A DNA stretch of 64,000 nt from Candidatus Parcubacteria bacterium (GTDB taxonomy: Bacteria; Patescibacteriota; Patescibacteriia; Patescibacteriales; UBA12075), in assembly GCA_023132155.1 (NCBI GenBank), contig JAGLYP010000026.1, positions 1,741 to 65,740 on the forward strand. The letters are read 5' to 3'. The position numbers and the translations under genes were made by a program. Numbering within the stretch: position 1 is the stretch's first letter; the number at the start of each line of letters is the position of its first letter. Below are positions 1-13,700 of the stretch, in pieces. The notes under the pieces were generated by a model, which worked only from the letters and a program-made list of their open reading frames with translations, searched no databases and had not been told where the DNA came from.

Positions 1-23
1 GCGTAAGTGAAACTAAGGGAATA

Positions 24-650
24 TTGGATTTTTTTCAAAAGAATTTTCAGAAAAATAAGGTAATTTTAGTGAAAGATTGTAAAAAAGACAGCAACTTGGA
101 GCCGGTATATTTTGAGGCTATTGGCCTGGCAAAGCGATTGTTTTCTGAGAGATGGGAAAATGATTTAGCTTTTTTTGTTAAAAATGATCTTGCAAAAATT
201 AACAAAAACAAAGAATTGTTTTATAATATATATAATAAGATAAATATTAAGCGGTTTAAGGAGAATATAAATTTTAAATTGATATTATTGATTTTTTTAA
301 CAATAACCGCTTCAATTTTGTTTATTAAGGCTTTTAGCGCGAATCCGGCAAATGACATGGAAATAATTAATGAGGTGCCCGCGGCAAAGGAAAGACAAGT
401 CCCTCGTAAAGAGATAGAAGAAATAGTTAAAAGCGCGCAAGGCACAAGTAAAAAAATAAAGGTAAAAGAGATAGGCTCTAATCTTAATGTGCGAAAAGGA
501 GCCGGTTCGGAATACGCAATAATTGGCAGTATTGCCCCAAGGGCTGTCCATGAAATTTTTAAGGAAGAAAACGGCTGGTATAAAATTGTAACAAAAGACA
601 ATCAGGAAGGCTGGATTTATGCTAAGTATACGGAGGAAGTCTTAGAATAA
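24..650 (+). CDS. membrane-anchored protein with C-terminal bacterial SH3-like domain (possibly 5'-partial)
   Basis: 208-aa ORF with a hydrophobic segment LILLIFLTITASILFI. The C-terminal 'GSNLNVRKGAGSEYAIIGSIAPRAVHEIFKEENGWYKIVTKDNQEGWIYAKY' fits the SH3b pattern. The frame has no stop between nt 3 and the TTG at 24, so the gene may start upstream of the window. Confidence 0.5.
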   Translation: MDFFQKNFQKNKVILVKDCKKDSNLEPVYFEAIGLAKRLFSERWENDLAFFVKNDLAKINKNKELFYNIYNKINIKRFKENINFKLILLIFLTITASILFIKAFSANPANDMEIINEVPAAKERQVPRKEIEEIVKSAQGTSKKIKVKEIGSNLNVRKGAGSEYAIIGSIAPRAVHEIFKEENGWYKIVTKDNQEGWIYAKYTEEVLE

Positions 651-752
651 ATTTTAAATATATAAAAATAATAATAATAATTTAATTATCATGTGTTGAG
701 CGATGTATGGCATAATCGCGCGAAACATTTGATATTAATTATTAAATAAATT

Positions 753-1268
753 ATGTATTATGAGGTAAGAAAAAAAAATAAAGGTTTTACTTTGTTGGAA
801 TTATTAATCGTAATCGCCGTGCTAGCCGTGCTAGCTGGCGTATTATTTGTCGCCCTTGATCCGGCCGCGCGCTTGCAGGATTCTCGCAACGCAAAACGTT
901 GGACAGATGTGAGCGCGATTTTATCAGCTATTAAATTGGATCAAGTTGATAATGGCGGATCATATCACGCTAATATAACCGCCATGGCAGATAATACTTA
1001 TTATCAGATTGGTGAAGCCGCGACCGGCTGTAATGACGCTTGCTCTAATCCTTCCGTAACTCTGCAATCGGCTTGTGTTGATTTATTGGATTTGATTGAT
1101 GAGGGATATTTAGCGGATGTGCCGATTGACCCGAATGCAAGCGGCAAGTCATCCAGCGAAACAGGATATTATCTTTATAAATATGACAGCGGCCAGGTTT
1201 CGGTTGGTTCTTGCCATGAAGAGCTTGGTTCAAATTCTTCCGTGCAGGCAATTGAGGCCTCAAGATAG
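753..1268 (+). CDS. prepilin-type N-terminal cleavage/methylation domain protein (type IV pilin / pseudopilin-like)
   Basis: The N-terminus 'KKNKGFTLLELLIVIAVLAVLAGVLFVAL' is the class III signal, with a G|FTLLE cleavage motif followed by a hydrophobic helix. The C-terminal half is variable and Cys-containing. Confidence 0.8.
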   Translation: MYYEVRKKNKGFTLLELLIVIAVLAVLAGVLFVALDPAARLQDSRNAKRWTDVSAILSAIKLDQVDNGGSYHANITAMADNTYYQIGEAATGCNDACSNPSVTLQSACVDLLDLIDEGYLADVPIDPNASGKSSSETGYYLYKYDSGQVSVGSCHEELGSNSSVQAIEASR

Positions 1269-1274
1269 CTTAAG

Positions 1275-1547
1275 ATGTTTTATTTTAAATTTTGGCGCGT
1301 ATTCGTATTATTGTGTTTAGCCGTTTTTATTGAGGGTTGTGTTTTTTCAGGTGCAGACGAAAAGTATTATGAAAATTCCGTTTATTGCCAAATAGATAAT
1401 GATTGTCAGCTGTATGATTGCGCGAATTGTGGAAATAGCTGCTGGATTGAAAAAAATATTAAAGATGATTTGATTTGCGAAAAGCAAAGCAGGGTAATTT
1501 CCTGCAAATGCGTGGAAAATGTTTGCAAAAGGAAATTGCGAAAATAA
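1275..1547 (+). CDS. small secreted cysteine-rich protein, unknown function
   Basis: 90 aa with an N-terminal hydrophobic signal-like segment (VFVLLCLAVFIEGC) and 11 Cys. It starts 7 nt after the pilin stop and is followed by a terminator. Confidence 0.5.
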   Translation: MFYFKFWRVFVLLCLAVFIEGCVFSGADEKYYENSVYCQIDNDCQLYDCANCGNSCWIEKNIKDDLICEKQSRVISCKCVENVCKRKLRK

Positions 1548-1566
1548 TCAAAATTTGAAAAAAATT

Positions 1567-1589
1567 AGAGGTTTGGCCTCTATTTTTTT
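1567..1589 (+). terminator. rho-independent terminator after the pilin/Cys-rich gene pair
   Basis: AGAGG-TTTGG-CCTCT hairpin followed by ATTTTTTTG. Confidence 0.55.
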
Positions 1590-1612
1590 GTTTGCAAAAG
1601 GGCAGTGAAAAA

Positions 1613-1621
1613 TGTTATAAT
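1613..1621 (+). promoter_or_regulatory. extended -10 promoter element upstream of the giant ORF
   Basis: TGTTATAAT (TGnTATAAT) with a TTTGCA/TTGCAA -35-like hexamer about 18 nt upstream. This would give a ~140-nt AT-rich leader. Confidence 0.35.
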
Positions 1622-1759
1622 AATATATAGAAATAAATTTTTCCACACTAATTTATTTAGTGTTATTTTTGGTTTTATAATATTTATTTTTATTTAATAT
1701 TAGCAATATTTTAATTTTTTAATAATCTTTAGTAATCAAAGTAAAATTTAATTGCCCCC

Positions 1760-4700
1760 ATGCAATCCCCATTGCTGAAAAAAATTAGAGCAATCTCTTC
1801 TAATATTTTATTTAGATTGGTATTTTTAATACTCTTATTAATGGCCGTGTTCAATTTTACACCCGGCCGTTTTATTTTTGTTAAAGCTTTTAACAATGAA
1901 ATTAAAATATTTCCCGGAAAATACGCGGTAGAGGAAAATGATGCGGAAAATTTTGTTTGGGAGAATGTTAATAACGCTTTTTTACAGTATTTATCTCCGG
2001 ATTCCGAGCTATCTGAATTTAATCAAGATAATTCGGCTTTTATTGCCTTGCGAAAAACAGATAAAAGCCAATCCAATGTTAAGGCCTTGCCGGAGCTTGG
2101 AAATTCCGAAGAATCCTCCGGCGCTGAAGCTATGGCGGGCAAGGATGACGCAAGTGATAATAGTGAAACCGAAGATGAGCTATTTGAGGTTATTGTAGAC
2201 GAGAATAATAAAGACGAGACGGCCGATAATATTGAAGAAAACAAGCAAGAGGATAGTGAAAGCCAAACATTGGCGCCCGATTTTGTCAGCGGCCCGGGAG
2301 ATGGCGATTTTGAAATAAAAAATATGGACTCAGGTCAAGTTGGCGGCAACAGCCAAACAATAAAGCAGGATAGCGATCAGGAGAAATCCGAAAACGAAAC
2401 TGAAAATCAAGATGGTGATTCGGAAAACGATCGGAAAGGTGAAGATAATCTTGAATTGAGCGGAGTTTATGAAAAAATAAAATCTTTATTTTCTTATTTT
2501 GATTTATTCGCGATTTTTAATAAAAATTCAGCTAATGCTGAAGAAAAATTACTTCAGCAAAGCGTGATTTTTTCCGATTTTAGCGTTCCTTTTGAATATA
2601 AAGACAGAGAAATAAATAGCTTGAATTTGTATTTGTCATTAGCGGCGCGAAGCGCGCAAGAAAATGATAATTTATTTTTTGAATATAGCTTGGGTGAAAC
2701 ATGGGAGCAAATAAGCGTTTTGGAATTGAATCAAGAATATTCCAATTCCGTTAATGGCGGATATTTTAATTTTCAGTTATCTGAGATAATCGGCTGGGAG
2801 GAGATTGAAGATTTAAAAATTAGAATTTCATATAACAGCAATAGTCCGCGGTTAGCAATGGAAAGTAATGCTGAAATTTTGGATTTTTTTGTATTTTTAG
2901 ATTCCCTTTGGATAGAAATTGAATATGATGATATGGACGAAGAGCAAGAAATAAGTGAAAGTGATTATATTCCTCAGTATAAAGAAAATTTTAATGGCGA
3001 GGAAGCGAAAGATGACGATTTAAGCGAATATAGCGTTGATTTATTGAATACTAAAGTTAATTTTAAAATAACCGAGAATCCGGAACTGAATTTTCGCTAT
3101 AAAAAGAATAAAAACTTGATTAATAAAATTATTTCCGGGCTTATCAGCCCTTTTAGCGATGAATATAATCATATAAAAATTTCCGCTGATTTGCGCGATG
3201 CCAGAGGTGATAAAACTGAACTTAAGCCGGAAGTTCGCTATATTAGCGAGGGGGAATTTTTAGTTAAGATTCCGGAAAATATCCGTGAGTTTAGACCAGG
3301 CAAATATTTTTTTGAGATTGAGATTGAAGATAAAGGTGAAATTTATCAGATAAGCCAGAATTTTAATTGGGGTGTTTTAGCGATTAATGTAAATAAAGCG
3401 GTTTATCGTCCCGGCGAAAGAGCTTATCTGCAGATGGGTGTTTTGGATGATTTTGGGCATACGCTTTGCGACGCGGATTTATTTTTAGAAATTACCGCGC
3501 CTAGCGACAAGACCGATATATTCAGCACTGATGATAATACGATTTTTAAGAATTCGGAATGCGCGGGCGATACTGTTATTTCGGGGTCTGATTATTATAG
3601 TTATTATTCCGTATTTGATACAGGAATTTATCGGATCAAGTTAAGGGCTGAAACAGAAAATGGGATTAGGGAAATATATGATGAATTCAAAGTTGAATCG
3701 GTTCAGTCTTTTGAACTTGAGCGGATTGGGCCGACTAGAATTTTTCCTTTAGCTGATTATGAAATGAAGATAATAATGCGCGCTAATGAAAGTTTTCAAG
3801 GAAATTTAGTTGAGTATGTTCCTGGTAATTTTAAAATTACGAATTACAAATTACACCTGTCAAGCGAGTACAAGCAAATTACGAATGAAGATATTAGTGT
3901 TCCTGATTCATTATTTTTAATTCAAGGCGATGAAATTGGTAAGAAGCTAATTTGGCAGAATCTTGATATAAAACCGGGAGATATCCTTGAATTTACATAT
4001 ACATTTGACGCGCCTGATGTTTCTCCGGAATTTTATTTGTTAGGTCCGTTAAAGCTGGTTGATGAGCATTATTTTAATTCCGGCGGAAAAAACGGTCAGT
4101 TGGTTTTTGAAGAAGAACGGCAATGGCAGGTTGCTTCTGACGCGGTCGCGGAATATGACGCCAATGGCGGTAGCAGTGTCGGCACTTGGGTTACTCCGTC
4201 TTACGCGTGGAATTCCGTAAATAATGATTATGCCATTCGCGATATACCGAAAAAGTCAGCAAGTGAAGAATATACAAATTATCTAATTGCCGATTCAAAC
4301 ACCGCCACTGACTTAGGTTATACGATTAATAGCGTTGAAATCGGTTTGGAGGCCTATATGGAAGATTTGCAAGCCGATATTACGGTTTATGTGCAGCCTT
4401 ATTTCGGCGGCACCGCCAGTGGAACAAGTTATGGTTTCGCGCAGTCCGTGTTGGGCACATCTGACGAGGATGTTGCGCATTATTACGATGTTACCAATGA
4501 CGCAAACGCGCCAAGTCCGTGGACATGGAGCGATATTATAAATTTAGATATTAAGCTTTGGGGCATAAACAATTCTAATTCCAGGCAGAGGATGTTTTAT
4601 ATTGATCAGCTCAGTATAATGGTTAATTACACTGAACCGAATGATCCTCCTGTCGGCGCGTTTAATTCAGCCACGCAAAAAAGAGATGGTGACGGAGTAG

Positions 4701-7700
4701 TTGATATTTCAATGGATGTTGGCGATCCCGATAACGATGACGTAAAGGCGATTTTGCAGTATGTCCAAGGTTCCGGATGTGATTTTAGCTCGCCTCAGGA
4801 TCCGACACTTGATGAAACCGATGGCAATACAACAGCTTCAAACGGTGATCCGAAAGTGGAGAATGATAATTTTTACCAAATCGGCAATTCTTCGGGTTGG
4901 ATTAAGACCGACACGGGAACAAATACAGTGCAGTTTGATTGGGATACGATTACGGATTTACCGTCGGGGAATGATACATATTGTTTACGTTTGTATATCA
5001 ACGATGATAATGCCGCTTCTTCCACGGCCGCCACAACGACTTTGACGATTGATAATGTTGCGCCAACAGTGCCCGGAGATTTGTCTGTTTTTGCCACTTC
5101 CGGCACATCCGTGATTTTAACATTTGGCGCGGTTTCCGCGGAAACCAATTTTTCCGAGTATGTTATTTATTATAAACAATATGACGGTTCAAGTCCGATT
5201 GAGTCAGATAGTTCTTGGGCGTCAACAAGCGATTCCAATTTAGACAATATAAATTACGGTTCAGCCACATCAACGGAAATAACAGATCTTTTTCCGGCAA
5301 CTCAGTATATATTTAATATTTGGGTTTATGATGAATACGGGCATAAGGCGAGCGCTACCAATAATGTAATAGCTACTACATCTTCTCAGTTGGTTCCGCC
5401 CGTAACTACGATTAATTCAGTTACGCAAAAGACCGATGGTTCGGGTGTTGTGGATATTTCTCTGGAGGTTGATGATGGTAATGATGACGATGCGCGAGTG
5501 CGGGTGGATTATGAAATCGGCACCAGCTGTGATTTTATTTCTCCTTTAGATCCTGTTTTGGATGAAAGCGCTGTTAATATTTCCGCTGATTTTGGCAATC
5601 CCGTTATTGATAATGATATTGTTTATCAGGTTGGAACCACTACGGGCGGTTGGATAGAAACGAATTCAGGAGTAAACACGGTTCAATTTGATTGGTTGTC
5701 AAGAGGCCATGACCCCGATCTTGACGGTGATTATTGCATACAATTTACCGCTAATGATCTTGATTCCGGAGATCAGATAACACCGGTTAACACTACCGTA
5801 ACGATTGACAACACAAATCCATCCGTTCCCGGGGCAATGTCTGTCGCGACTTCTACGGCAACAACTATCACATTAAATTTTGGCGCCGAGAGCGGTGACG
5901 CGCATTTTAAAGAATATAAGATATATTATAAATATGATTATTCCGGAGTAACAGAGGCGGATAACGCGTATAACAAAAGCGACGATGCAAATTTGGACGA
6001 GGCTGATTTTAACGGCGCCGCTACAACGACGATAAGCAATTTATTGCCTGAAACAACATATTATTTTGTGATTTACGCTTATGATGATTATGGCAATAAA
6101 GTCGGTTCAACTGAAATTAGCGGATTGACTGCGGAAGCCGATAGCATTAGATCGCGAACGGTTAGATTTTTAGCGGGAACATATTCCGGAAGCGGAGGTA
6201 TAGGACAAAATTCAGATGTTAATCAAACTTTTAGCGGATTTAATTTTAGTTTGGCGGAGAACGAGGTTGAGATAAAAAACGCTTATATAATTTTTGACGC
6301 GCAGTATGAATCTTATGCCAATAATTCGGAAAATTATATCGGATATAATTTAACGTTTGATGCCTGTCAAGAGTCATGTACGGCTGATGCTTTTTCAGGA
6401 TCCGGCAGGGTATTAAAAGATGATAACACAATACTTTCCTATGATGAAACAGAGAGCAATCAAATCAGGTTGCTTTTGGATGTAACAGATGAAACGCAAC
6501 TTTCCGCTTATACGGGCGGTAATGTAAATATGGAAGCTCAAATCGGCTATCGTTTGGAAAGGGGAGCGTCTGCCGACTCAATTTCTTACGCAAATGCCGT
6601 TTTAGTTGTAACTTATACTTATAATCATAGTAATTCAGACAGTTTTACCAATACGGTTTTTTATCCGTTGGAATCAAACGCATCGGGTGATAGCGGCACC
6701 AGACGTTCAATTCAAATAAACGGTTGTACGCGCGATTCAAATTGTCCGACTTTTGATTATCAAGTGGATATTCCCGAAATCGGCAAACAGCTTAATTATT
6801 GGTTTGAAGTGAATTTATTAAATTATGACAATAATCAGACCAAAACGGACGATGTGGGAGTTGATGTAAATATAGAAGGTCAGGATATAAATTCTTATAC
6901 TTTTTATCATGAAAATGCCAATGCCGGCGGACAAGGAAATATGCCGAGCATATATTTCGGACAGTTTGCAAATTTCGGTTTTAATGAAAATACAGCTCAG
7001 ATTTTGGAAGTTTACGCGAATTCGGTTGAGTATGATTATTATTTAATGGGCGGTGAAGTTGCCGAAACCTATACGGCATCAACTTCCGCTTCAACTAAAA
7101 CAAGAACTGTTTCTTTTCCGTTCGGGGCAGTAAATAACGGCAATACCACATCGCAGACCAATAGCGCCGTTCAGGTTTATTTTCCTGAAAACGGAAAATC
7201 TTCAGGCGTTGTCACGATTAAAAAAGCTTGGATTAGAGCGCATAGCGGTAATTACAGCTTAGCTGATGTCAATTTAACGATTTCCACAAAGGTTGGCGAT
7301 AATATACAGTCCGGAAATTTTGTTTATAATTATTTTCCCGGACAAGTAAATATCGCTCCGCCGTTTAAAATCACGCATGTTATTCAGTCTTCAGATTATG
7401 GAGAATTAGCCTTGGCTAATAGTAATACGGCGAAAGACGTTACCATTTACACTACTAACAGTTCTGTTAATCAAGGCGGATTGTCAGCGGAATTGATGAT
7501 TACTTATACTTATACCGATGAAGCAAACGGTTACTTGGCAAGTATTGATTTGTTTGCGGGGCAAACCGATGAAAACGGCAATAGCCAGAGCGCTACATCA
7601 GCAACCGCGAATTTGGTTTTTTCAGAGCAAGTAGGCATAAAAACAATACGGGCGGCCGCAATGCATTCAAGTATGTTATTGAATGATAGCGATGGGGCAA

Positions 7701-10700
7701 TGCCAAGCGGTAATTTTACCATTGATGTTGACATATCTTCAACAACACCGTCTTGCTCTAACGCGTATATTACCGGAGCGGATGGAACAAACGCTTACGT
7801 GGAATTTTATAAAGATGTTAAAGCGCGTCTTTCGGCAATTGATAATTTATCATATACGGTGTGTTATTCCAATAGCGGCGGCGGTGATGATAGCGCCGGA
7901 GGAAAGATGAACAGTGCTTTGGTTTATACATATCAGTATGATGTTCAGCCGGCGGTATTAAAGCAAAATGATTGGCGTTGGTATGAGAATATTGACGCTG
8001 TTCAGCCGACAAGCGCCAAGGCGGATGAAAATACAAATATTTCCAATATTAATTTAGCTGACATTTTAAGGTTGAGAATTAATATCGGAGCAACCAAAGA
8101 AGATTTGGCAATTTCATCAAAAATGTTTAAACTGCAATATGGACAGGGTGGTGATTGTACTGCCATTACAGGTTGGAATGATGTCGGCGGTATAAGCGAT
8201 GCAACTCTTTGGAGAGGCTATGACAATAGCTCCATATCCGATGGCGATGCAAGCGGCTCGGTTCTTTTATCAACTTCAAATGTTTTTGAATCGTATGAAG
8301 AAGAAAATTCATCTATTGTAAATCCAACCACTATCCCGCAAAATAATGCAGGCGAATGGGATTGGGCGCTTTATAATTATTCAGCGACATCAAGCAGTGA
8401 TTATTGTTTCCGCGCGGTTAACGGCGATGGCTCTTTATTGAATTTTTATAATTCCGATTCTTACGCGAAACTGACAACAGCCGCCACAAATACCAGACCG
8501 AATACCGTGTTTTCTTTAGAGCAGTTTAAAAATATCGGGACAACTACAATCGCAAATACGGCTTGGATTAATGTTGATTCGGTTCGTCTTAGAGCCTCTG
8601 TTACCGATGTAAATATTAATGAAAATTTGTCTCTTTATTTTCAGTTAGTTCAAAATATCGGATCTTTTACAACAGCCACGACTGAGCCGAGCAGCGCTTG
8701 TTTAAACGGTACGGCTTATGGGGCGTGCGGGTCTAACATTTGGGTCGCAACCAGCACAATTGGGGATTATAGAACAGACGGATTTACCGCAACCGCTACG
8801 ATTGCCGTTATTCCCGATCTTTCGTCGGGGTATAAGTGGCAGGTCTTGGCTTGCGATGACGACGGTGAATGTTCGGAATGGTCGCAATTTAACACAGGAC
8901 CGAATTTTAGAGTTGATATTACGGCGCCAACGGCGCCGGGAAATTTAATTTTGGCATCTACTACCGCCAGCTCATTTTTAATTGATTTTGGCGCCAGCAC
9001 AACTGAAGATAATTTTAAGGAATATAGAATCTTTTATAAAGAAGGCGATTCCGATGTTACCGAATTGAATAATGAGCATAATGATCCGGACTTAGGATAT
9101 AAGGATTATAATTCAACAGCAGATACATTGGTTGAAAGTTTGTCAGCAGGCACTCAGTACGTATTTAATATTTGGGCTTATGATTTTGCCGGAAATAGCG
9201 CGAGCGCGACGATTGAAATGATAGCGACTACAACAAGCTCATTTACGCCACCGACAGGTTCAATATTCTCTCTATCGCAAAAAACCGACGGCTCCGGAGC
9301 GATTGATATCGCGATTAAGGCGGACGATGGCGATAATGACAATACTTTGCGCGCTAAAGTTTTTTATGAGGCAGGATCCGGTTGCGTTTTTAGCCCGCCG
9401 TTAGATATGACAATTGACGCTACCGACGAGAATGTATCGGCAACTTACGGCGATCCCGATGTTGACAACACAAGTGAATATCAGGTCGGAACAACCAGCG
9501 GTTGGATTTTAACATCGCCCGGAGAGAATTTTGTATTTTTTGATTGGCTGTCAAAAACGGAAATTTCGGGAGCCAACGGAACATATTGCATAGGTTTGAT
9601 AGTCAGCGACGGAATATATGTGTCAAGTCCAACCGGCACGAGCCAGATTTTAATTGATAATTTGGCTCCTTCAACTCCCGGAGCTTTAACCTTGAATGAT
9701 AAAAATAAAAGCGACATAACAATGAATTTCGGCGGACAAAGTTCTGATTCCCGTTTTGATCGTTATAGAATTTTTTATTCCACATCTTCGCTTGTAACTG
9801 TGGATGATTATGAACATGATGACGCCAATTTGCTTTTACAGGATTACGGAGGAGCCGCGACTACTACTATTAGCGATTTAGAGGAAGGGGAAATTTATTA
9901 TATTAATATTTGGGCATATGATGATCTTGGGAATCGGGCTAGTTCAAGCCAGTTAACAGTAACTACCAATAGTAAGCCCAAAATTTCGAGTAATTTGACT
10001 CAGTACAAACAAGACGAAGCTACGCTTATAACTAATGGCGCCTGGACTGATGAAAGCGAAGTTCGCTTGTTGGCTTCTTCCACTGATCCTGATACATCGG
10101 AAGTAATTACGCTATATTTTGAATTATTGCCAAGCACTGGAACATTTAAAACCGCGACATCTGAGCCAAGCGGAGCATGTGTCTACGGCGCGGCTTATGG
10201 TACTTGCGACAGTAAAATTTGGTTTGTGGCTTCCTCAAGCCCCGGAGATTTTAGCGTTAATCCGTATATGGGAACAACTAGCATCACCGCGATTCCGGAT
10301 TCGGACACCGGTTATAAATGGCAGGTTTTAGCTTGTGATGACGACGGTGATTGCGCGAATGAATGGGCTATATTTGACGCAGGAACTCCGAATTTTAAAA
10401 TTGATACGGTTGCTCCGACAAATCCCGGTATTTTAAGTGAATATAGCAAGACCAGCGGTAGCATTACCTTAAGTTTCGGAGCTACTACCACTGAAGAAAA
10501 TTTCACGGAGTATATTGTTTATTACGATATCTCATCGCCCGTAAATGAATCCGGTACGGTTCATGGTTCTACCACTGATTCTAATTTGGTTCATATAAAT
10601 TTTAACGGCGTTGAAACAACATTGGTTGAAGATTTATTGCCAAACACGCAATATCATTTTGTTATTTACGCTTATGACGAAGTGGGGCATAAAGCCAGCT

Positions 10701-13700
10701 CAAGTGAAATCAGCATTATAACTAACGCGGTTGTTTCTACACCCGGAGCAATGTTTTATATAAAAAATGATCGCGTTTTATATTATCGCGTTTGGACGGG
10801 ATCCGCTTGGAACGCGGAGCAATCCGGACCGACTTTGGGAAGCGCGGCCGGTGATAATATCAGCCATATTCGGGCTGAGCGCTCGGACGATGGCGCCAGA
10901 ATTGCCATTTTAGCCAAAACATGGGACGGAACAAATCAAGAATGGTGGGGAACGGTTTATAGGGTTGCCGCTGATGATTTTGTAAATTCCGGCATTCTCG
11001 GATCAGCTTATGCAAGCGCTGATAACAACCAATTAATTACCGGATGCATCGGAGCGTTATCAAGTGGCGAGTTTGTTGTAATCAGAAACAATAACGGCAG
11101 TGCCGGCACTTTGGTTTTTTCATGGGATGCCGGCGACGGTTGGACAAGCGAGGGCGCGGGTCCGGGATCAACAGTCGGCGAAGTTGATATAATGAACGGT
11201 TGCCGGTTGGCGCGTCGGACAAGTACGGATAATTATTTATTGATTACTTTTGACGACACTATTCACGGAGGCGGTAATTACGGCGATGTGGGAACAAGTT
11301 ATTATTACGGCGGTTCCTCTTATAATAATAGCAGCTGGACAGTGTGGTTTGAACATTCCAGCTTGGAAGAGGATATTGATAATTATGTCGGAGAAGCGTT
11401 TTTTGATCCAAGTGATAATACGCGCGGGGCAATCAATTACTCAAACAGCAATAGTTCGTTTGACGCGAAAGTTAAAAAATTTATAGTAAGTCCGTCTTCT
11501 CCTTATATCAGTTATGGAGCGGAAGCCACTTCGCCCGCAACTTGGTCGGGGGATTTTGTTCACGGCGAATTCGGAACAGATCCGAACGGTGTCGGAACGG
11601 CTTGGTTTGCGGGTGATGATATTAACGGAGAATTAAATATTTATAAAATTGATATCACAAATAGCGCTCCTTCTTGGACGGCTAGCGCAAACGGAGATAA
11701 TATATCCGGAACAGGCCTTTATTCATATACGAGTGATTCGCAAAAGCCTTACGCCATCCAATTTTATAAAGACGGATACGGAACAGTCGCGTGGAATGAA
11801 GCAATAAGCGCCACTCCCAAGTATAGGATAATAACCGCCTCAACAAATACGATTGATGCCGCTGATACGGCGGTTTCAGGAGCAGAGGCTAATATTTATA
11901 CTCGCGCGCGTTTTTATAAAGATCCGAATGAAAATGAATTTGTGGCAATTTATCAAAATGATGATGTTGATTATAGCGCGATTTTTTGGGATGGAACAAA
12001 TGATAGTTTTTACAGTTCAGGCAATCAGGCATGGACTGAGCTTGTTACCGCTTCAGGCGCCGTTGACGCGGACTATGAGGCAGCTACATTTGCTTTTAGC
12101 GCCGGCAATGCTACTCCGAATACACCGACAAATTTAATTCAATATAAAAGCGATGCCAGCACAACCATTGCAAACGGAGCTTGGACAGATGAAAATACCG
12201 TTAAATTGGTTGCTTCATCCAAAGACGCGGATACCAGCGAAGTATTGTCTGTTTACGCGCAATTAATCGCGGATAATGAAACATTTTCATCTACCACAAC
12301 CCATCCGATTAATGCCTGCGCCGTTGGCGTGTCTTTTACCGCTTGCAACAGTAAAACTTGGCTGGTTGCTACCAGTTCCGGAGACTATAGCGCGAACGCC
12401 CTGGTTGCCACGGCAACTATTACTTTAATTTCTGATTCAGATGTCGGCTATAAATGGCAAGTTATGGCTTGCGATGATGATTCAGCTTGTTCCGGCTGGG
12501 CAAAATATAATTTAACTCAGCCGAATTTTTATGTTGATACAATTGACCCGACAGTTCCCGGAGAGCTTGAGCCTATTTCCAAAACCAGTACCAGCATAGA
12601 TTTAGATTTTGGAGCGACAACAACCGAAGATAATTTTTCTGAATATAAGATATTTTATTCAGAAACCATGCCGATTACAGAATTAAGTTCTGAACATGAT
12701 GATTCTGATCTGGATAATATTCTTTTTAACGGAACCAGCGGGGTGTCTGTTACTTCTCTGACACCCAATACTTTATATTATTTTAATATTTGGGCATATG
12801 ATTTTGCCGGAAATGTTGCCAGCTCAACCGTTGTGTCAACCACAACCAATACCACATATAATTTAGTCCAGACTTCTTATTTATTGGAAAATGATGACGC
12901 GCTAGATGTTAATTCCAATACTTCGGAAACAACTTTTGATAATCCTTTAAATAATATTAATATTGGAGAGCGGATGAATGTGAGGATTCAGCTTGAAAAC
13001 AACGGAGGTGATACCGCTTCTACTAAAGTTTATAGCCTGCAATATGAAAATCAGACTGACAACCCCGGCACATGGATTAATGTTGGCGTGGCTACTGAAA
13101 TTAGTTACTCTTTGGGTTTGTCCGGCGATAATGGACACGTGGTATCGTCAGCAAAAGCTGCCGCAAATTCAAATACTTTCGCGTTTGGCGCTTGGCATGA
13201 AGACACATATCAGACAGGATCTTTTTCTTTAATAAATAATTATTATACGGAATTTGTGTTTGCGATTGAAACCGGCAATGCCTTAACAAGCAAAACTTAT
13301 CGTTTGCGTTTGTATAATGAAACCGATAATAAAGTGCTTGATGGCTACAATAGTACTTCAACTTTTTCCACAGTTGCGACTGAAACTAAAAAATATTCCA
13401 AAGAAGAATTGGATTCTTTGCTCACAACAACCGCTGACTTGAAATATTATTTTGACGGCGAAGGATATGATGATGTTTCAACGGATGATAATACGAATTA
13501 TGATGAAAATGGAACAACAACCGCAAATTACGCTGTAATAAATTTTGCCACTAAGCATACCAATAATACAGATGCCATAACCGTAACTTGGAACGGACAA
13601 TCAAGCGCATCTCCCGTTTACGCAACCGTGTATTTGCAAGTTTATCAATATGGTTCAATTAATTCATGGATAACAATGGCAAGCAACAGCACAGCCGCAA